Notes under the pieces: generated by a model
What the model saw: the letters and a program-made list of their open reading frames with translations, nothing else
What the model was told of the DNA's origin: nothing
Database searches by the model: none
Translations under genes and position numbers: made by a program
Source of the DNA: Tubiluchus corallicola
Taxonomy: Eukaryota; Animalia; Priapulida
Direction: 5' to 3'
NCBI GenBank assembly: GCA_030141605.1
Contig: JAQGDQ010001410.1
Span: 1-42,148 of the forward strand
DNA length: 42,148 bases
Part shown: positions 1-11,032 of the stretch, one piece after another
Position numbering within the stretch: position 1 is the stretch's first letter
Layout: every line of letters starts with the position of its first letter

Positions 1-792
1 TAAATGCTTGGAGTATTTATTAATGATTATTAAATGCTTGGAGTGTTTGTTAATGTTGGTAAATGCTTAGAGCATTTATTAATGATTTAAATGCTTGGAG
101 TATTTGTTAATGATTGTTAAATGCTTGGAGTATTTATTAATGATTATTAAATGCTTGGAGTGTTTGTTAATGTTGGTAAATGCTTGGAGTATTTATCAAT
201 GGTTATTAAATGCTTGGAGTATTTATTAATGATTATTAAATGCTTGGAGTATTTATTAATGATTATTAAATGCTTGGAGTATTTGTTAATGATTATTAAA
301 TGCTTGGAGTATTTATTAATGATTATTAAATGCTTGGAGTGTTTATTAATGTTGGTAAATGCTTAGAGCATTTATTAATGATTTAAATGCTTGGAGTATT
401 TGTTAATGATTGTTAAATGCTTGGAGTATTTATTAATGATTATTAAATGCTTGGAGTGTTTGTTAATGTTGGTAAATGCTTGGAGTATTTATCAATGGTT
501 GTTAAATGCTTGGAGTATTTATTAATGATTATTAAATGCTTGGAGTATTTATTAATGATTATTAAATGCTTGGAGTGTTTGTTAATGATTATTAAATGCT
601 TGGAGTATTTATTAATGATTATTAAATGCTTGGAGTGTTTGTTAATGTTGGTAAATGCTTAGAGCATTTATTAATGATTTAAATGCTTGGAGTATTTGTT
701 AATGATTGTTAAATGCTTGGAGTATTTATGTATGGATTATTAAATGCTTGGAATGTTTATTAATAGTTATTAAATGCTTGGAGTATTTATTA
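1..792. repeat. 30-bp minisatellite (TAAATGCTTGGAGTATTTATTAATGATTAT) with a 296-bp higher-order period, intronic
   Basis: Tandem units of 28-30 bp are directly visible. The variant unit 'gcttagagcattt' recurs at ~65, ~361 and ~657. The array runs off the window start. Confidence 0.95.
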
Positions 793-832
793 AAATCATT
801 TTGTTTTAATTCTTTTATTCGGCTTTTTGTAG

Positions 833-963
833 GATACAGGTCAGCCCGGAGGAAGGTTTATTTGCCACATGTTCGAACGATGGTACCGTAAAGTTATGGG
901 AATGTTCCCGCTTGGAAGGGAAAAGCGTTGCGAATAGGTCACGCTTGACGTACAGCCGGCAAG
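833..963 (+). CDS. PIK3R4: Internal exon of PIK3R4/Vps15, WD40 region
   Basis: Acceptor tttttgtAG at 831-832 and donor GTattt at 964. Translates (R)[43 protein letters not shown](G), matching the recalled human Vps15 segment [45 protein letters not shown]. Not in the ORF track. Confidence 0.9.
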
Positions 964-2528
964 GTATTTCCGCTGCTGTCCCGTCTTCTGTGTAAAAAGC
1001 TCACTGCTTCTGAATAGAATTCAAAAATTCATAGTAGGAATTATCATAATGACATTTGCAGTTTTGAAAGATTGAAAGTGAATGCCGTTTATTGTGAGAC
1101 TTGTTGATGTTCAGAGTCAGGTAACCTGTTTGCATGCTGTGAGTTTTGTTGCTTATCCTTGGTATTTATGTGACTCTGAACACTTTCTTAAAGCAAAACT
1201 TTACCTAATCTTAAACTGTAGATTAAAACAATCTACTCTTTAAAATATTAAAAGGAAACATACTATTTTTTTGAAAAATGACTTACGTGAAATAATTATT
1301 ACCTCACAAACACAGTTTCGCATTCGCGACACTAGTTCTTCACGATTACATGCATTTTGCCATTCGCTAGTTAAAGAGGCACTAGTGCCTCTATTTCGGA
1401 AGCGCATTGCACGAAAAACAGATGCTGTACGTTTGCTGTTCAGATGTGTTAGTTTGTGACGAACTACACACGTTCGACAGTTCATGCGTGAGCACAGCGG
1501 TAAATTTGAAATTTGAATTTTTATCTTAAAACTTGCCTAGTTTTAGTACAACACATCGAATGTCTTACAGTAGCACTGCACTTCAAATTTCGCTTTCGCA
1601 AACACGTGCAACACGCTCATGGAATATTTTTGCACATGAAAATTATGTTCGTTTGTTATGTCATCAATAGTTAGGCTTGGCCATCTTCAGTTAAGTTTTT
1701 AATCTGTTATTCAATCATCAGAAACGCTTTTGCAGTATTAATCCTGTTAAAATGTAAACTTTTTATCGGATTTGAAAATGGGGTAGGATATGAAAAATCA
1801 TCCTGTCTTCCTCTAAATGTTTACTACATCATGATTCAAGTCGCATAAGAATATGTGATCCGGCTTTAGTTCGAAATTATATATTGATGAAATTTTTCTT
1901 ATTCAGAATTTCCACTATTTAAAAATTACCTAGCCGATGGTGTAGTTTTAAGTTCCATTGTGCGGAGTTTTTGCTAAAACTATAGGATACGTAACCATTG
2001 TTGTTACTCGCTGATGATTTTCTACCACTGCCGTTGCCGCCACTGCTGCGATTGATTGTGTGAGAATAACTCACTAGACTGTTGCCATCATTAATGAGTA
2101 AAGCATAGTAAACACTATGTGGACTGTGTGTTCAATTATTTATTGCTAAAGAGTTTCCGCTACAGTCGAACAGCAGAAAACTTTGATTCTGAAATGACGT
2201 CTCTACAGTCACGGTCAGAATCATGCCCCGTACGTTTTGCTAAAATCTTGACTCTACGGTTAAATTTTTAAAGAATTTATATTATTCAAATTGTTTAGAC
2301 ATCATCAGACCGGACATAACACACAATTACAAACTAAAGAACATGTATTGGTGCCACTTTGCTCAAAATTCTGCACAAACTGTCCACGCCGACTGTAAAA
2401 AACTACAATTTGGTTGTGATTGTAAAATGTGCTTTAAAGTGTAAATGATTCTAGTTATTGTGAGTACAGGTTGATGGCCGTTCTGAAAAAGCCTTCTGTT
2501 ATTGTAGCGAAAATTCTCTAATACACTT

Positions 2529-2959
2529 CAGTCGTATCTCGGTTTGCCAGACAAAAGCGAGGAGATGGCGGTGCGAATTTTCCGATTATCCGTATTTACC
2601 GATACTAAGCTGATACAGTAGGCATTGTGCATTAGACTCACAGTAATGTAGAATCAATCGCCTAATTGTCTCAAAAACATCTAGTATGGGCTGCTTCTAT
2701 GCAAAAGTATATAAAAACCACCGTCGGCAATTGACTCAAATAACTCCGCATAATTGACTCTATATTTTTATATATATAGAGATATCCACACTGTTACACT
2801 GATGTAATGATGTAAACAAAGTGACGGCCCACCAACTAGTGGTCAGCTCGCGATACAGCAGACTTTGTCCATAGTATATTTGACTTTTTAACGGTCCAGA
2901 TTTTGTCCGATTCTTCCAATATCCGTAACGGGGAGGTCCGGCAAACCGAGATATGAGTG
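2529..2959. mobile_element. Non-autonomous TIR element (MITE), Tc1/mariner-pogo-like
   Basis: 24-bp imperfect TIRs: CAGTCGTATCTCGGTTTGCCAGAC vs reverse-complemented CACTCATATCTCGGTTTGCCGGAC (3 mismatches). TA on the right flank, TT on the left. Confidence 0.6.
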
Positions 2960-3196
2960 TAATTATTTTAATTTAATCGAAATTATGCAGAGAAAGTATT
3001 TGCATTGTCAGTTCAATAATTATCAATCACTTTAACTCTTTTTCATTAACAGCAGTTATTTATTTCACAATTTTTGCCGATTATTCTGTAGAAAGATTAA
3101 AAAACGGTGAACGTGCTTCTGTTCAAGTTCTTCAACAAACCACAATTTTTACACAATCACACTCTCTTCTTAAAGCATTTATCTTGTTTCCTTAAG

Positions 3197-3281
3197 GTGG
3201 TCAGATTAAGTCAGTGACGTTCTGCGAAGGACGGCTGTCGGTAGCGTCATCGTCCGACAATGGCTCTATTCATGTTAACAG
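3197..3281 (+). CDS. PIK3R4: Next internal exon of PIK3R4/Vps15
   Basis: Acceptor tttccttaAG and donor GTAAGT at 3282. The phase fits exon 833-963. Translates GGQIKSVTFCEGRLSVASSSDNGSIHVN(R), vs recalled human [29 protein letters not shown]. Confidence 0.88.
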
Positions 3282-3289
3282 GTAAGTAG

Positions 3290-3407
3290 TTTTTCATTTT
3301 CTTGTCAGATGAAGCCATTTTGCAGCTTCTGTGTAAACTGATGCTTGGTTCTTCATTTTCTTGTCAATGGAAGCCATGTTGCAGCTTCCGTGTAAACTGA
3401 TGCTTGG
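3290..3407. repeat. Two-copy 59-bp tandem duplication just inside the intron
   Basis: ttcattttcttgtca...gaagccat.ttgcagcttc.gtgtaaactgatgcttgg occurs twice in tandem. Confidence 0.85.
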
Positions 3408-5003
3408 CTTTGCGTGGTTTACACGAGTCAGCTTGCTGTAGCAAATCGACATTAATGTTTATGTACATAGCAAAGGACAAGCCAATTATTGGCTCTGTTC
3501 TAAATCAGCCACAAAGTTAAATGTGTGTTTTGAAACCAAAATCACGCGTAAGTCGACATAGTTAAAACTGATGCTTCAAAGTAGAATGCACCAAAAATTT
3601 GGTAACATGTCGACCCCAATTTCACGGGTGTTAAACTTTTCTACAATGTTTTGCGTTACCGTAGCAGCAAAATAAACACACCTGGGTGACTGCGGAACTT
3701 GGGCGGCAGTGTGCCAACTTCTGTAGTGAAAGGGTTAATGGACTGCAGTACAACAGTTAACACTTAACATCAGCCTTCTTATCGTAGCTTATGAGACAAG
3801 ATCAAGAAGAAACCTCTAACAGGACATACTGAAGCAGCAGAGATGCCTTTTCCATACTGCTAGCAGTTCTTTCAAATCTCAGCAATGGTCAAACCAACAG
3901 TTATTAATTATAAACTTTTGTACTAGTTCTAACATGTGAAAGAATATATAGTGGCACTGTTATAGGCTCATTGATTATTTTCGACTAGCACATTTTCTAG
4001 TTGTTTGTTGGAGCTGACAATGATCTTAAGGCTAGGACACTGATATAGTAATTGTTGGTACCAGCCAGCACAACAGAAATGTCACCTAGTTAAAAGAGCT
4101 TCCTGATTTAGTGAAGCGTTGGCTGTTAAAAATTATAACGCAAAAGCTGACAGTAGCTCATTGGCAGTCACTCAATAAACTCTCTGACTAGCTCACTTTC
4201 AGTCGCTGGCGAGGCAGACTTCAAATGTGTGCACACCAGAAATGTCACCTAGTTAAAAAAGCTTCATTGCACAAAGTTTGTTCACCGCTCTCTCTTGATA
4301 GAAACAGCAGCTAGTGTAGTAGTCAGTCGGGAAGCAAAAACGTGTATAATAATTGCACTGTTTACATTACTAATGCACTTTTAAAACAGAATAACACAAT
4401 TAGTGCCATTTTAATGCTTCAAATAAAACAAAAAATGTTGATAAAATGAAAATTGGCTTTCAGCAAAGTAAAAGAAATCGTCGTTAGAATGAAACATGCG
4501 TCATTAAGTGAAAAAGGGTGTAAAATATTCAACGTCGTTAAAACAAAAGAACCTTGTCTTAACCTTTTAGACAATTTAGCAGAAATGTAAAAAAGCTAAT
4601 CGTCACACACTGGAGTGCGCAATACATTGCAGGATGACCAACGTCATTTTAAATAAGCAAGTAAGATAAGTTGATATATCAGTCAGCCAGTACCACTGCA
4701 GCAAATTGTGTTTACGTTAAAGGAGCTTTACATGTGTTCTGGATAGCCAAATTGGTCAATACATCTTTAGCAAGCTAGTTTGTGCAACATGCCTAATTCG
4801 ATGTGGACATTGTGGAGATTCCCTCTCTGGTATGGAGGCCCCAGGCTGCAGCTCTGGTTGTTCTGGTCACATGTTCCTACTTCTGTCTTTACCTCTGGAT
4901 ATCCATTCCCGACTATTTACTAAAACGAGCATGCCCACCTGCCCTAGTTGATTCTTTGCAATGACACATTTGGTTACTTTTAATCAACGTCAAGTGCAGG
5001 TGC

Positions 5004-5085
5004 TCAAATGAATGTTGAGTACGTGATCTATCAAATGAATGTTGAGTACGTGGTCTATCAAATGGATGTTGAGTACGTGATCTAT
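5004..5085. repeat. 27-bp tandem repeat, 3 copies
   Basis: tcaaatgaatgttgagtacgtgatcta x3 with minor variants. Confidence 0.9.
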
Positions 5086-5353
5086 ATTACAAAAGCTTAG
5101 TCAACCAAACAATTAATAGTTTTTTAACATCGCCATCTCAAAGTTTTTGTTTATCATCACAACCCATCGTGTAATCACCTAAGTGAAAAACATTGCAAAC
5201 GATACTAAACTGATCTTTTCATTGAAAATACTATAGAATACCTGAACGCAAACCTGATCAAAAAGTTAAAAGAATTTTATACATTTGTACATTGTAATAA
5301 CACAACGGAGCAAAGTGTAGAAAGATGCAGTGCACGCCATATTTGAAGAACAG

Positions 5354-5482
5354 CAAGTTTTTTTAATGCCGACAGTGATTTTTATAACACTTCTTAATTA
5401 CCTCTTGATTCTTCCACTTTTTTGTAAAGACTCTCACCTACTAGCATAATGAGAGCAATGCTTAATCCAAGCGCCAAAGCCA
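5354..5482 (-). pseudogene. Duplicated 3' end of IR gene A (last ~29 codons plus 3' flank), probably a long target-site duplication
   Basis: Direct repeat of 7798-7925. Encodes ALALGLSIALIMLVGESLYKKVEESRGN* with the stop at 5394-5396. Confidence 0.85.
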
Positions 5483-5600
5483 TCTAAATTTATTTGGAAG
5501 TATAAATACAAATACAATATCAAGAAACACTGGGAAAAAATAGATATTAATAATAATGATTATATAACAGCGTGCATATAATAAATGGCAAGAACTAGAT

Positions 5601-7334
5601 TGATTGATTGAATATCTTTATTGACATAAACATATGATAATAACAATGTAATAATTCATGTGTTAATTAATACTGTAAAATGTTATTAAAGCTGTTTCCA
5701 GCCCACTTGGGCTTACAAGTCAATTTCATGAAAATTTATCACATAATAACTGTGCAGTTCATTTACATAGAATATCAAATAAAAAAATATATATAATATG
5801 GAATTTTAACATATACCTGAATGGACAAGTCATGTATTAAATATATATCTTGCTTTGCCTTATTCTAAAAATCTTATAAGCATATTTTGCAGTCCTAAGG
5901 ACATTCTCTTCTGACATAATATATTTCCATTTATTTACATTATCTAATTGTTCCGGGTCCATGTTAATATCTTGGAAAAATTCTTCTCTCTCTAGTCTAT
6001 AATGTGTACAAACAAACATAAAGTGAGATTCATCTTCTACATCTCCACAGCAACATATCTTACACAAACGTTCACCAACCTTAACATTTCTAAACCTACC
6101 ATGCTCCAGTTCCAGGGGAGGAGTACCACTTCTTAGCTTTGCAAGCACAGACCTGTATTTTCCTTGCATATTAATATAAACATATGGTTCTACTCCAAAG
6201 CTGTTCTTATACAATATATATGTTCTAAGTTTAGGGTAATCTGCATTTTTTGCTTTCCAATCAACACATTGTTTCTCATACAGCTGTGCCCATGCTCTGC
6301 TAAGAGGTACAGTATCCATATTAACAAAAGCTTGCTGGAACCCTGCTTCCTCTAGGACTTTAGAAATTTCATATGACCAACCAACGTTGGTATTACGGTC
6401 CCAAAGAAATATTCTCTTAACAAGTCTAGAATTATCAAGTGTTAAAAGACGATTCCAATACCTTATCATAGATGACTTTCTTCTAACTGAAGATGGTGAC
6501 CATCCCATATCACCCTGTATACATTGATTAGCAGCAAAATTATGAACACCAAGAAATATTCTTAATGCCTTATTCTGGACAGTATCAATTTTAGGGTACT
6601 TGTTATATCCCCATACTTCTGAACCATAATCAAGTATAGGACATACACCTGCATTGAATAACTTAGTAAAAGAATAATAACCCAGCCCATTTAACTTTTT
6701 ATATTTACCAATCAAGGCACCCAGAGCTCTACTGCCTGAGTCTGCCAGTACTTGTGCTGTAACCTTATAATCTAAATGTTCATTAAGATAAATCCCCAGA
6801 TACTTATACCTATCTACAGTGCTCAAAATCTGATCACTAAGTTTAAATAGTACATCAGTTTGATTCACTTGGGGTTTTCTGAAATGGACAACATTTGACT
6901 TTTTACTGTTAAATTTGATTCTCCATTTCTTTCCCCACTCAGTGATCTTATCTAACATTTTCTGAAGATCTTCTTCAGATTCTGCTAAAATTACAACGTC
7001 ATCAGCATACATTAAAATACAAATCTTATCATTACCAACAGGAATACCAATATTTAGGGACTTTACATCATCTGCCATATCATTTATATACAAGCTGAAC
7101 AGGGTTGGTGACAAAGTGTCTCCCTGCCTGACACCATATTCACATTTAAATTTATCAGTGAGGATACCATTTAGATTCACAGCACTATAGGTATCTGAAA
7201 GAATATTCTTAATGCTGCTATACATTTTACCATCCACATTGTGACATAACAACTTATACAACAGGAGATCACGATCTACACGATCAAATGCTTTTTCAGC
7301 ATCGATGAAACAAGTCAGCATCGATGAAACAAGT
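5601..7334 (-). mobile_element. 5'-truncated non-LTR retrotransposon (RTE-X-like), recent insertion
   Basis: 7-bp TSD ACTAGAT at 5594-5600 and 7335-7341. 3' AATAAA followed by a (CAAT)n tail. Uninterrupted RT ORF. The clade assignment is tentative. Confidence 0.85.
5837..7321 (-). CDS. LINE ORF2 fragment: reverse transcriptase plus C-terminal CCHC zinc knuckle (494 aa), endonuclease absent
   Basis: Motifs FIDAEKAFD, GVRQGDTLSP, YADD, YKYLG and CKIC...EDESHFMFVC. Confidence 0.9.
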   Translation of the reverse strand: MLTCFIDAEKAFDRVDRDLLLYKLLCHNVDGKMYSSIKNILSDTYSAVNLNGILTDKFKCEYGVRQGDTLSPTLFSLYINDMADDVKSLNIGIPVGNDKICILMYADDVVILAESEEDLQKMLDKITEWGKKWRIKFNSKKSNVVHFRKPQVNQTDVLFKLSDQILSTVDRYKYLGIYLNEHLDYKVTAQVLADSGSRALGALIGKYKKLNGLGYYSFTKLFNAGVCPILDYGSEVWGYNKYPKIDTVQNKALRIFLGVHNFAANQCIQGDMGWSPSSVRRKSSMIRYWNRLLTLDNSRLVKRIFLWDRNTNVGWSYEISKVLEEAGFQQAFVNMDTVPLSRAWAQLYEKQCVDWKAKNADYPKLRTYILYKNSFGVEPYVYINMQGKYRSVLAKLRSGTPPLELEHGRFRNVKVGERLCKICCCGDVEDESHFMFVCTHYRLEREEFFQDINMDPEQLDNVNKWKYIMSEENVLRTAKYAYKIFRIRQSKIYI

Positions 7335-7836
7335 ACTAGATGTAAAACTTGTTAGGTGCTTACACCATTATGAACACATCTAAATAATGAGAAAAAAAGA
7401 AGAACAAAAAAACTGAAGGTTTTTAGGCAATTTAAAAAAAGAGTTGTGCAAAGTAAGGATAGAAGTGATGGATAAAAGCATGTTCAAAAGGGTAGGAAGA
7501 GTGGCTCATAGATGACGAAGCACTCTGGATTCTACTCAAAAAGAACACAAAGTTGTGACTGTTGTGTCACACAGGAACAGTAGGTGGTTATCAAGACAAG
7601 TTTATATAAGAAGCAAACAGATCTCGTTTAACTGAAGTTTTAAAGCGGTAAATGTTACACTGGTACTTTAGATTGGGTGGTAGTGTGTTCCAAAGTTTAT
7701 GTCCGCTGTGGCTAATGAAATGTTTTGCAATATTGGTTCTGCAGAAACTGAGTTGGTAATCATTATAGCGAGTATTATGTGAGTAATGATCAATACTCAA
7801 GTTTTTTAATGCCCAGAGTGATTTTTATAACTTTTC

Positions 7837-9213
7837 TTAATTTCCTCTTGATTCTTCCACTTTTTTGTAAAGACTCTCGCCTACTAGCATAATGAGAGCA
7901 ATGCTTAATCCAAGAGCCAAAGCCAAGAATATAATCTCAAACTGTACTATAGTAATTGGCTGAGCATTCACAGTTTGAATGGGTAGATCAAGGCAACTAT
8001 GTGCTGGTTCAAATAGTTCCTGCAATAGCTGCTCTACTATCCCAGCCTGCAGTAACTTGGCTAATCCGTAATTTAACAGCCCCGCGTACTTGCTTCGTTT
8101 CGGAATCACAACCGATAGAGGCAGTGGTGCAGAATAAATCGGGGCAGGCGAAAATCTGCAAGTCCCGTGTAACTTGGAATCTTGGACAATTTCTCTTATA
8201 CCATAATAATCAGTAACAAACAAAGTATATTTGCCCGAATAAGTTTTTTCTAGTGCTTCATCATATGTACTGACAGGCACCGTACCATCAGCTTCCATTT
8301 TTTTCCACAATTTATGGTACTCTGACTCAGCTGGACTGTTCTTTAGCAACATTGTCGAGGAGAAATAGCCTATTGTTACAGGTGTTACATCTCCGTCAAT
8401 TAGTTCTTGCAGGGACGTGAACGGATACTGCCGTGTGCTTACAAACAGTTTGCTGACTAAAGTGCCGGTGTACAATGCCGTCATTATAATAGCGAAGATC
8501 CACCACCATCCGATAAGCAGTCTTGTAGGTAAGTGGCGGGGTAAGTAGTTTCCGCCACGTTGGAGAAGTGAGGACAATGTGTACAGAATGAAGTATGACG
8601 TTATTTCCTTGTGATCTGTTTCGATGGAACTATTGTCAGCACGAGTTTTTACTCTGTGACTATGAACAAATGTTAAAAGTAGGCCAGTCAGTATACTGTA
8701 CTTTAACAGTAAAAGCCATACATTTCTTGGAAAGGGGTCCAACAAACTAAATCCTCGAAACTCCGGTCTTTTTATTATAAAGATACGGCGCATATAAACA
8801 AGTGGGTGAAGAAATGTCATGTATTTTGTTCTTTCTGGAAGCATGGTGAACAAATTGAAAAACATATCAACATCTCCACTGTTGAGTACTTCCTGCGGAT
8901 CCTGTAAGAATCTTGTTTCTTTTATGGAGTACGTGAAATTTAAGGTTTTACTGAGCAGCGGAAGCAATTTATCCACAAACGGACGTAAGTTGTCCACTTT
9001 CATGCCAATTCGAAGATGTCTTCCTTCTAGTGTGCAGCAGCTTGTATGAAAAATATTCTGGTGGTTTGTTATTTCTTTCAATGTAATGTTTTCCCGCCCG
9101 GAATCATTTCTGGTGACCGTTCTTGTGTTTGTGCAAATGTTGTGCTGCTTTGCACACTCAACAGCTAAAATCAAACTCTTGAGAAGATATAACTTGAAGT
9201 ATACAGAAAACAT
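7837..9213 (-). CDS. Variant ionotropic glutamate receptor / IR-like, copy A (single exon, ~458 aa)
   Basis: Signal-peptide-like N-terminus, S1 (LNFTY...TMLPERTKYMTF), M1, pore loop LLQRG, M3 LYTGTLVSKL (SYTANLAAF equivalent), S2 and a final TM. First ATG at 9213; the ORF track uses an upstream non-ATG start. Confidence 0.9.
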   Translation of the reverse strand: MFSVYFKLYLLKSLILAVECAKQHNICTNTRTVTRNDSGRENITLKEITNHQNIFHTSCCTLEGRHLRIGMKVDNLRPFVDKLLPLLSKTLNFTYSIKETRFLQDPQEVLNSGDVDMFFNLFTMLPERTKYMTFLHPLVYMRRIFIIKRPEFRGFSLLDPFPRNVWLLLLKYSILTGLLLTFVHSHRVKTRADNSSIETDHKEITSYFILYTLSSLLQRGGNYLPRHLPTRLLIGWWWIFAIIMTALYTGTLVSKLFVSTRQYPFTSLQELIDGDVTPVTIGYFSSTMLLKNSPAESEYHKLWKKMEADGTVPVSTYDEALEKTYSGKYTLFVTDYYGIREIVQDSKLHGTCRFSPAPIYSAPLPLSVVIPKRSKYAGLLNYGLAKLLQAGIVEQLLQELFEPAHSCLDLPIQTVNAQPITIVQFEIIFLALALGLSIALIMLVGESLYKKVEESRGN

Positions 9214-10639
9214 TTTTAAGCACAACTGACAAAACTTCTGATGCAATGAAATATGGCTTCACATTTGTCGATAACTGACAACCGTTTTCATCTAATGGAT
9301 CATTTTAGTTGTTTACTTTTGTCTATGTGGCATATGCGAGTGAATTGTATCGTGTTTACTATAGGGTGGAAAGTGTCTGTGCATTGTTGATTATTCGTAT
9401 TATTTAGTTTGCAGTTGTGTGTTACGTAGCTGAATTATGTCGCTAATGGCTGATTCTCTTCAATGATAATGATAACATCTGTCTACTTTGCTCATATCAA
9501 TACTTTTCTCTGTGAGCACGTTTTATGTTTACTCACTTTGTTTACATTACGTAGCAACTAACTGAGCTAGAATGGCCTGAAATTCTGTAAAATACTTAAA
9601 CACATGTGAAGACGAACAGCGATGCAGTCGGTAAAGCTCTCTTGTAAATTGGTATCTAAACTTACTGAACTCTTTATCAAGTAAAATGTTGAACATGAAC
9701 TTCCAGACTTTTTTCACAGAAGTAACGCCTTTGTGCAAAGTCTTGTCTTATGTAAACCAGATAAATCACCAAAGTCAGTGACCCCAAGTGTCGCAAAATC
9801 TTAGTTGGAGCATTTTCCTCCTGTTTTTAAACTTAATGTTCTCTCAACTGTCAGGACAGTTCTGCAACATTCGTCTAAATGAATCACAAACTCACCTTAT
9901 TGATGGTTGCTATCAGACCACAAAGGATTCTCAGGTTTTAAACTAGTATTTTTAATTTTCAATTATATACCACAAATTCCAAGCCTAGCTGTCTTTTCTA
10001 CCTTTACTTTTGCCGCTCCTGACTTTTATTATAACAAGGATATTCAGATGCCACCAATATTTTTTGCTTGAGTATACCAAGTCTGAATTCTGTTTAGTGA
10101 CATTACTCTCAAAATTCTTTTCCTTTTTAAAACTCCTGTAACGTTTCGTGGGTCTAAGGACAAACTTGTTTACTTGTTCACTAAATCTTTGTATAAAAAC
10201 GGACGGATTCGCCGGGGCGCAGATATTGTTATTGTGTTTACTTAGCCAAAATGCAAATATACCAAAAAACTTTGTGATTAAATAAGAAACAAATAAGACA
10301 ATATTATTGTAAGAATCAAATATGGCAAAGTAGTAATTGAATCGTTTCGATTATAGTATCATTAACACAAAAACAAATAGTTGTTATTATCATTATCATC
10401 TGTCTGCCATCAATACCTATCCCGTAGCTGCCTGAAATTAAAACAGTTTCTTCCAACCTTAAACTCATCCTTTCATTAAAAGTTCCTTATGCCTGAACTC
10501 ATGAAACTGGTCAGTAATTCAAAAGTATAGTAATTATGTTATAATGTTGTAACATAACAAGTTAACAATAGTGTTATCATAGTAGTCACCGGGGAAGCAA
10601 AAACATGTATAATAATTGCACTGTTTACATTACTAATGT

Positions 10640-10993
10640 ATAGAAGTGATGGATAAAACAATGTTCAAAAGGGTAGAAGAGTGGCTTGTGGAGATTTGGC
10701 TCATGAGATGACGAAGCACTCTGGATTCTACTCAAAAAGAACACAAAGTTGTGACTGTTGTGTCACACAGGAACAGTAGGTGGTTATCAAGACAAGTTTA
10801 TATAAGAAGCAAACAGATCTCGTTTAACTGAAGTTTTAAAGTGGTAAATGTTACACTGGTACTTTACATTGTGTGGTAGTGAGTTCCAAAGTTTATGTCC
10901 GCTATGGCTAATGAAATGTTTTGCAATATTGGTTCTGCAGAAACTGAGTTGGTAATCATTATAGCGAGTATTATGTGAGTAATGATCAATACT
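10640..10993 (-). mobile_element. Second copy of the L2/Crack-like LINE fragment, co-duplicated with the IR 3' end
   Basis: Near-identical to 7459-7797 and in the same position relative to the IR stop codon. Confidence 0.8.
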
Positions 10994-11032
10994 CAAGTTT
11001 TTTAATGCCCAGAGTGATTTTTATAACTTTTC

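Larger units (their letters stand above)
5483..7797 (-). mobile_element. 5'-truncated L2/Crack/CR1-group LINE 3' fragment, interrupted by a younger LINE
   Basis: 7591-7797 encodes the typical ORF2 C-terminus (HNTR...RT...F...G.KLWN.LP..LK.....FK..VK..L). The 3' UTR ends with AATAAA (plus-strand tttatt 5489-5494). Flanked by ~128-bp direct repeats. Confidence 0.7.

Noticed and set aside
151-891. Repetitive Leu/Ile-rich ORFs
   Set aside because: By-products of the 30-bp minisatellite.
3032-3738. TTAA-flanked piggyBac-like element (ttaactcttttt...gaaagggttaa)
   Set aside because: The left TIR match is poor and the interval contains a genuine PIK3R4 exon.
9277-9302. 26-bp motif upstream of IR ATGs (gacaac.gttt.catcta.tggatca) as a dedicated promoter element
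   Set aside because: The whole upstream region is paralogous, so the conservation cannot be separated from shared ancestry by eye.
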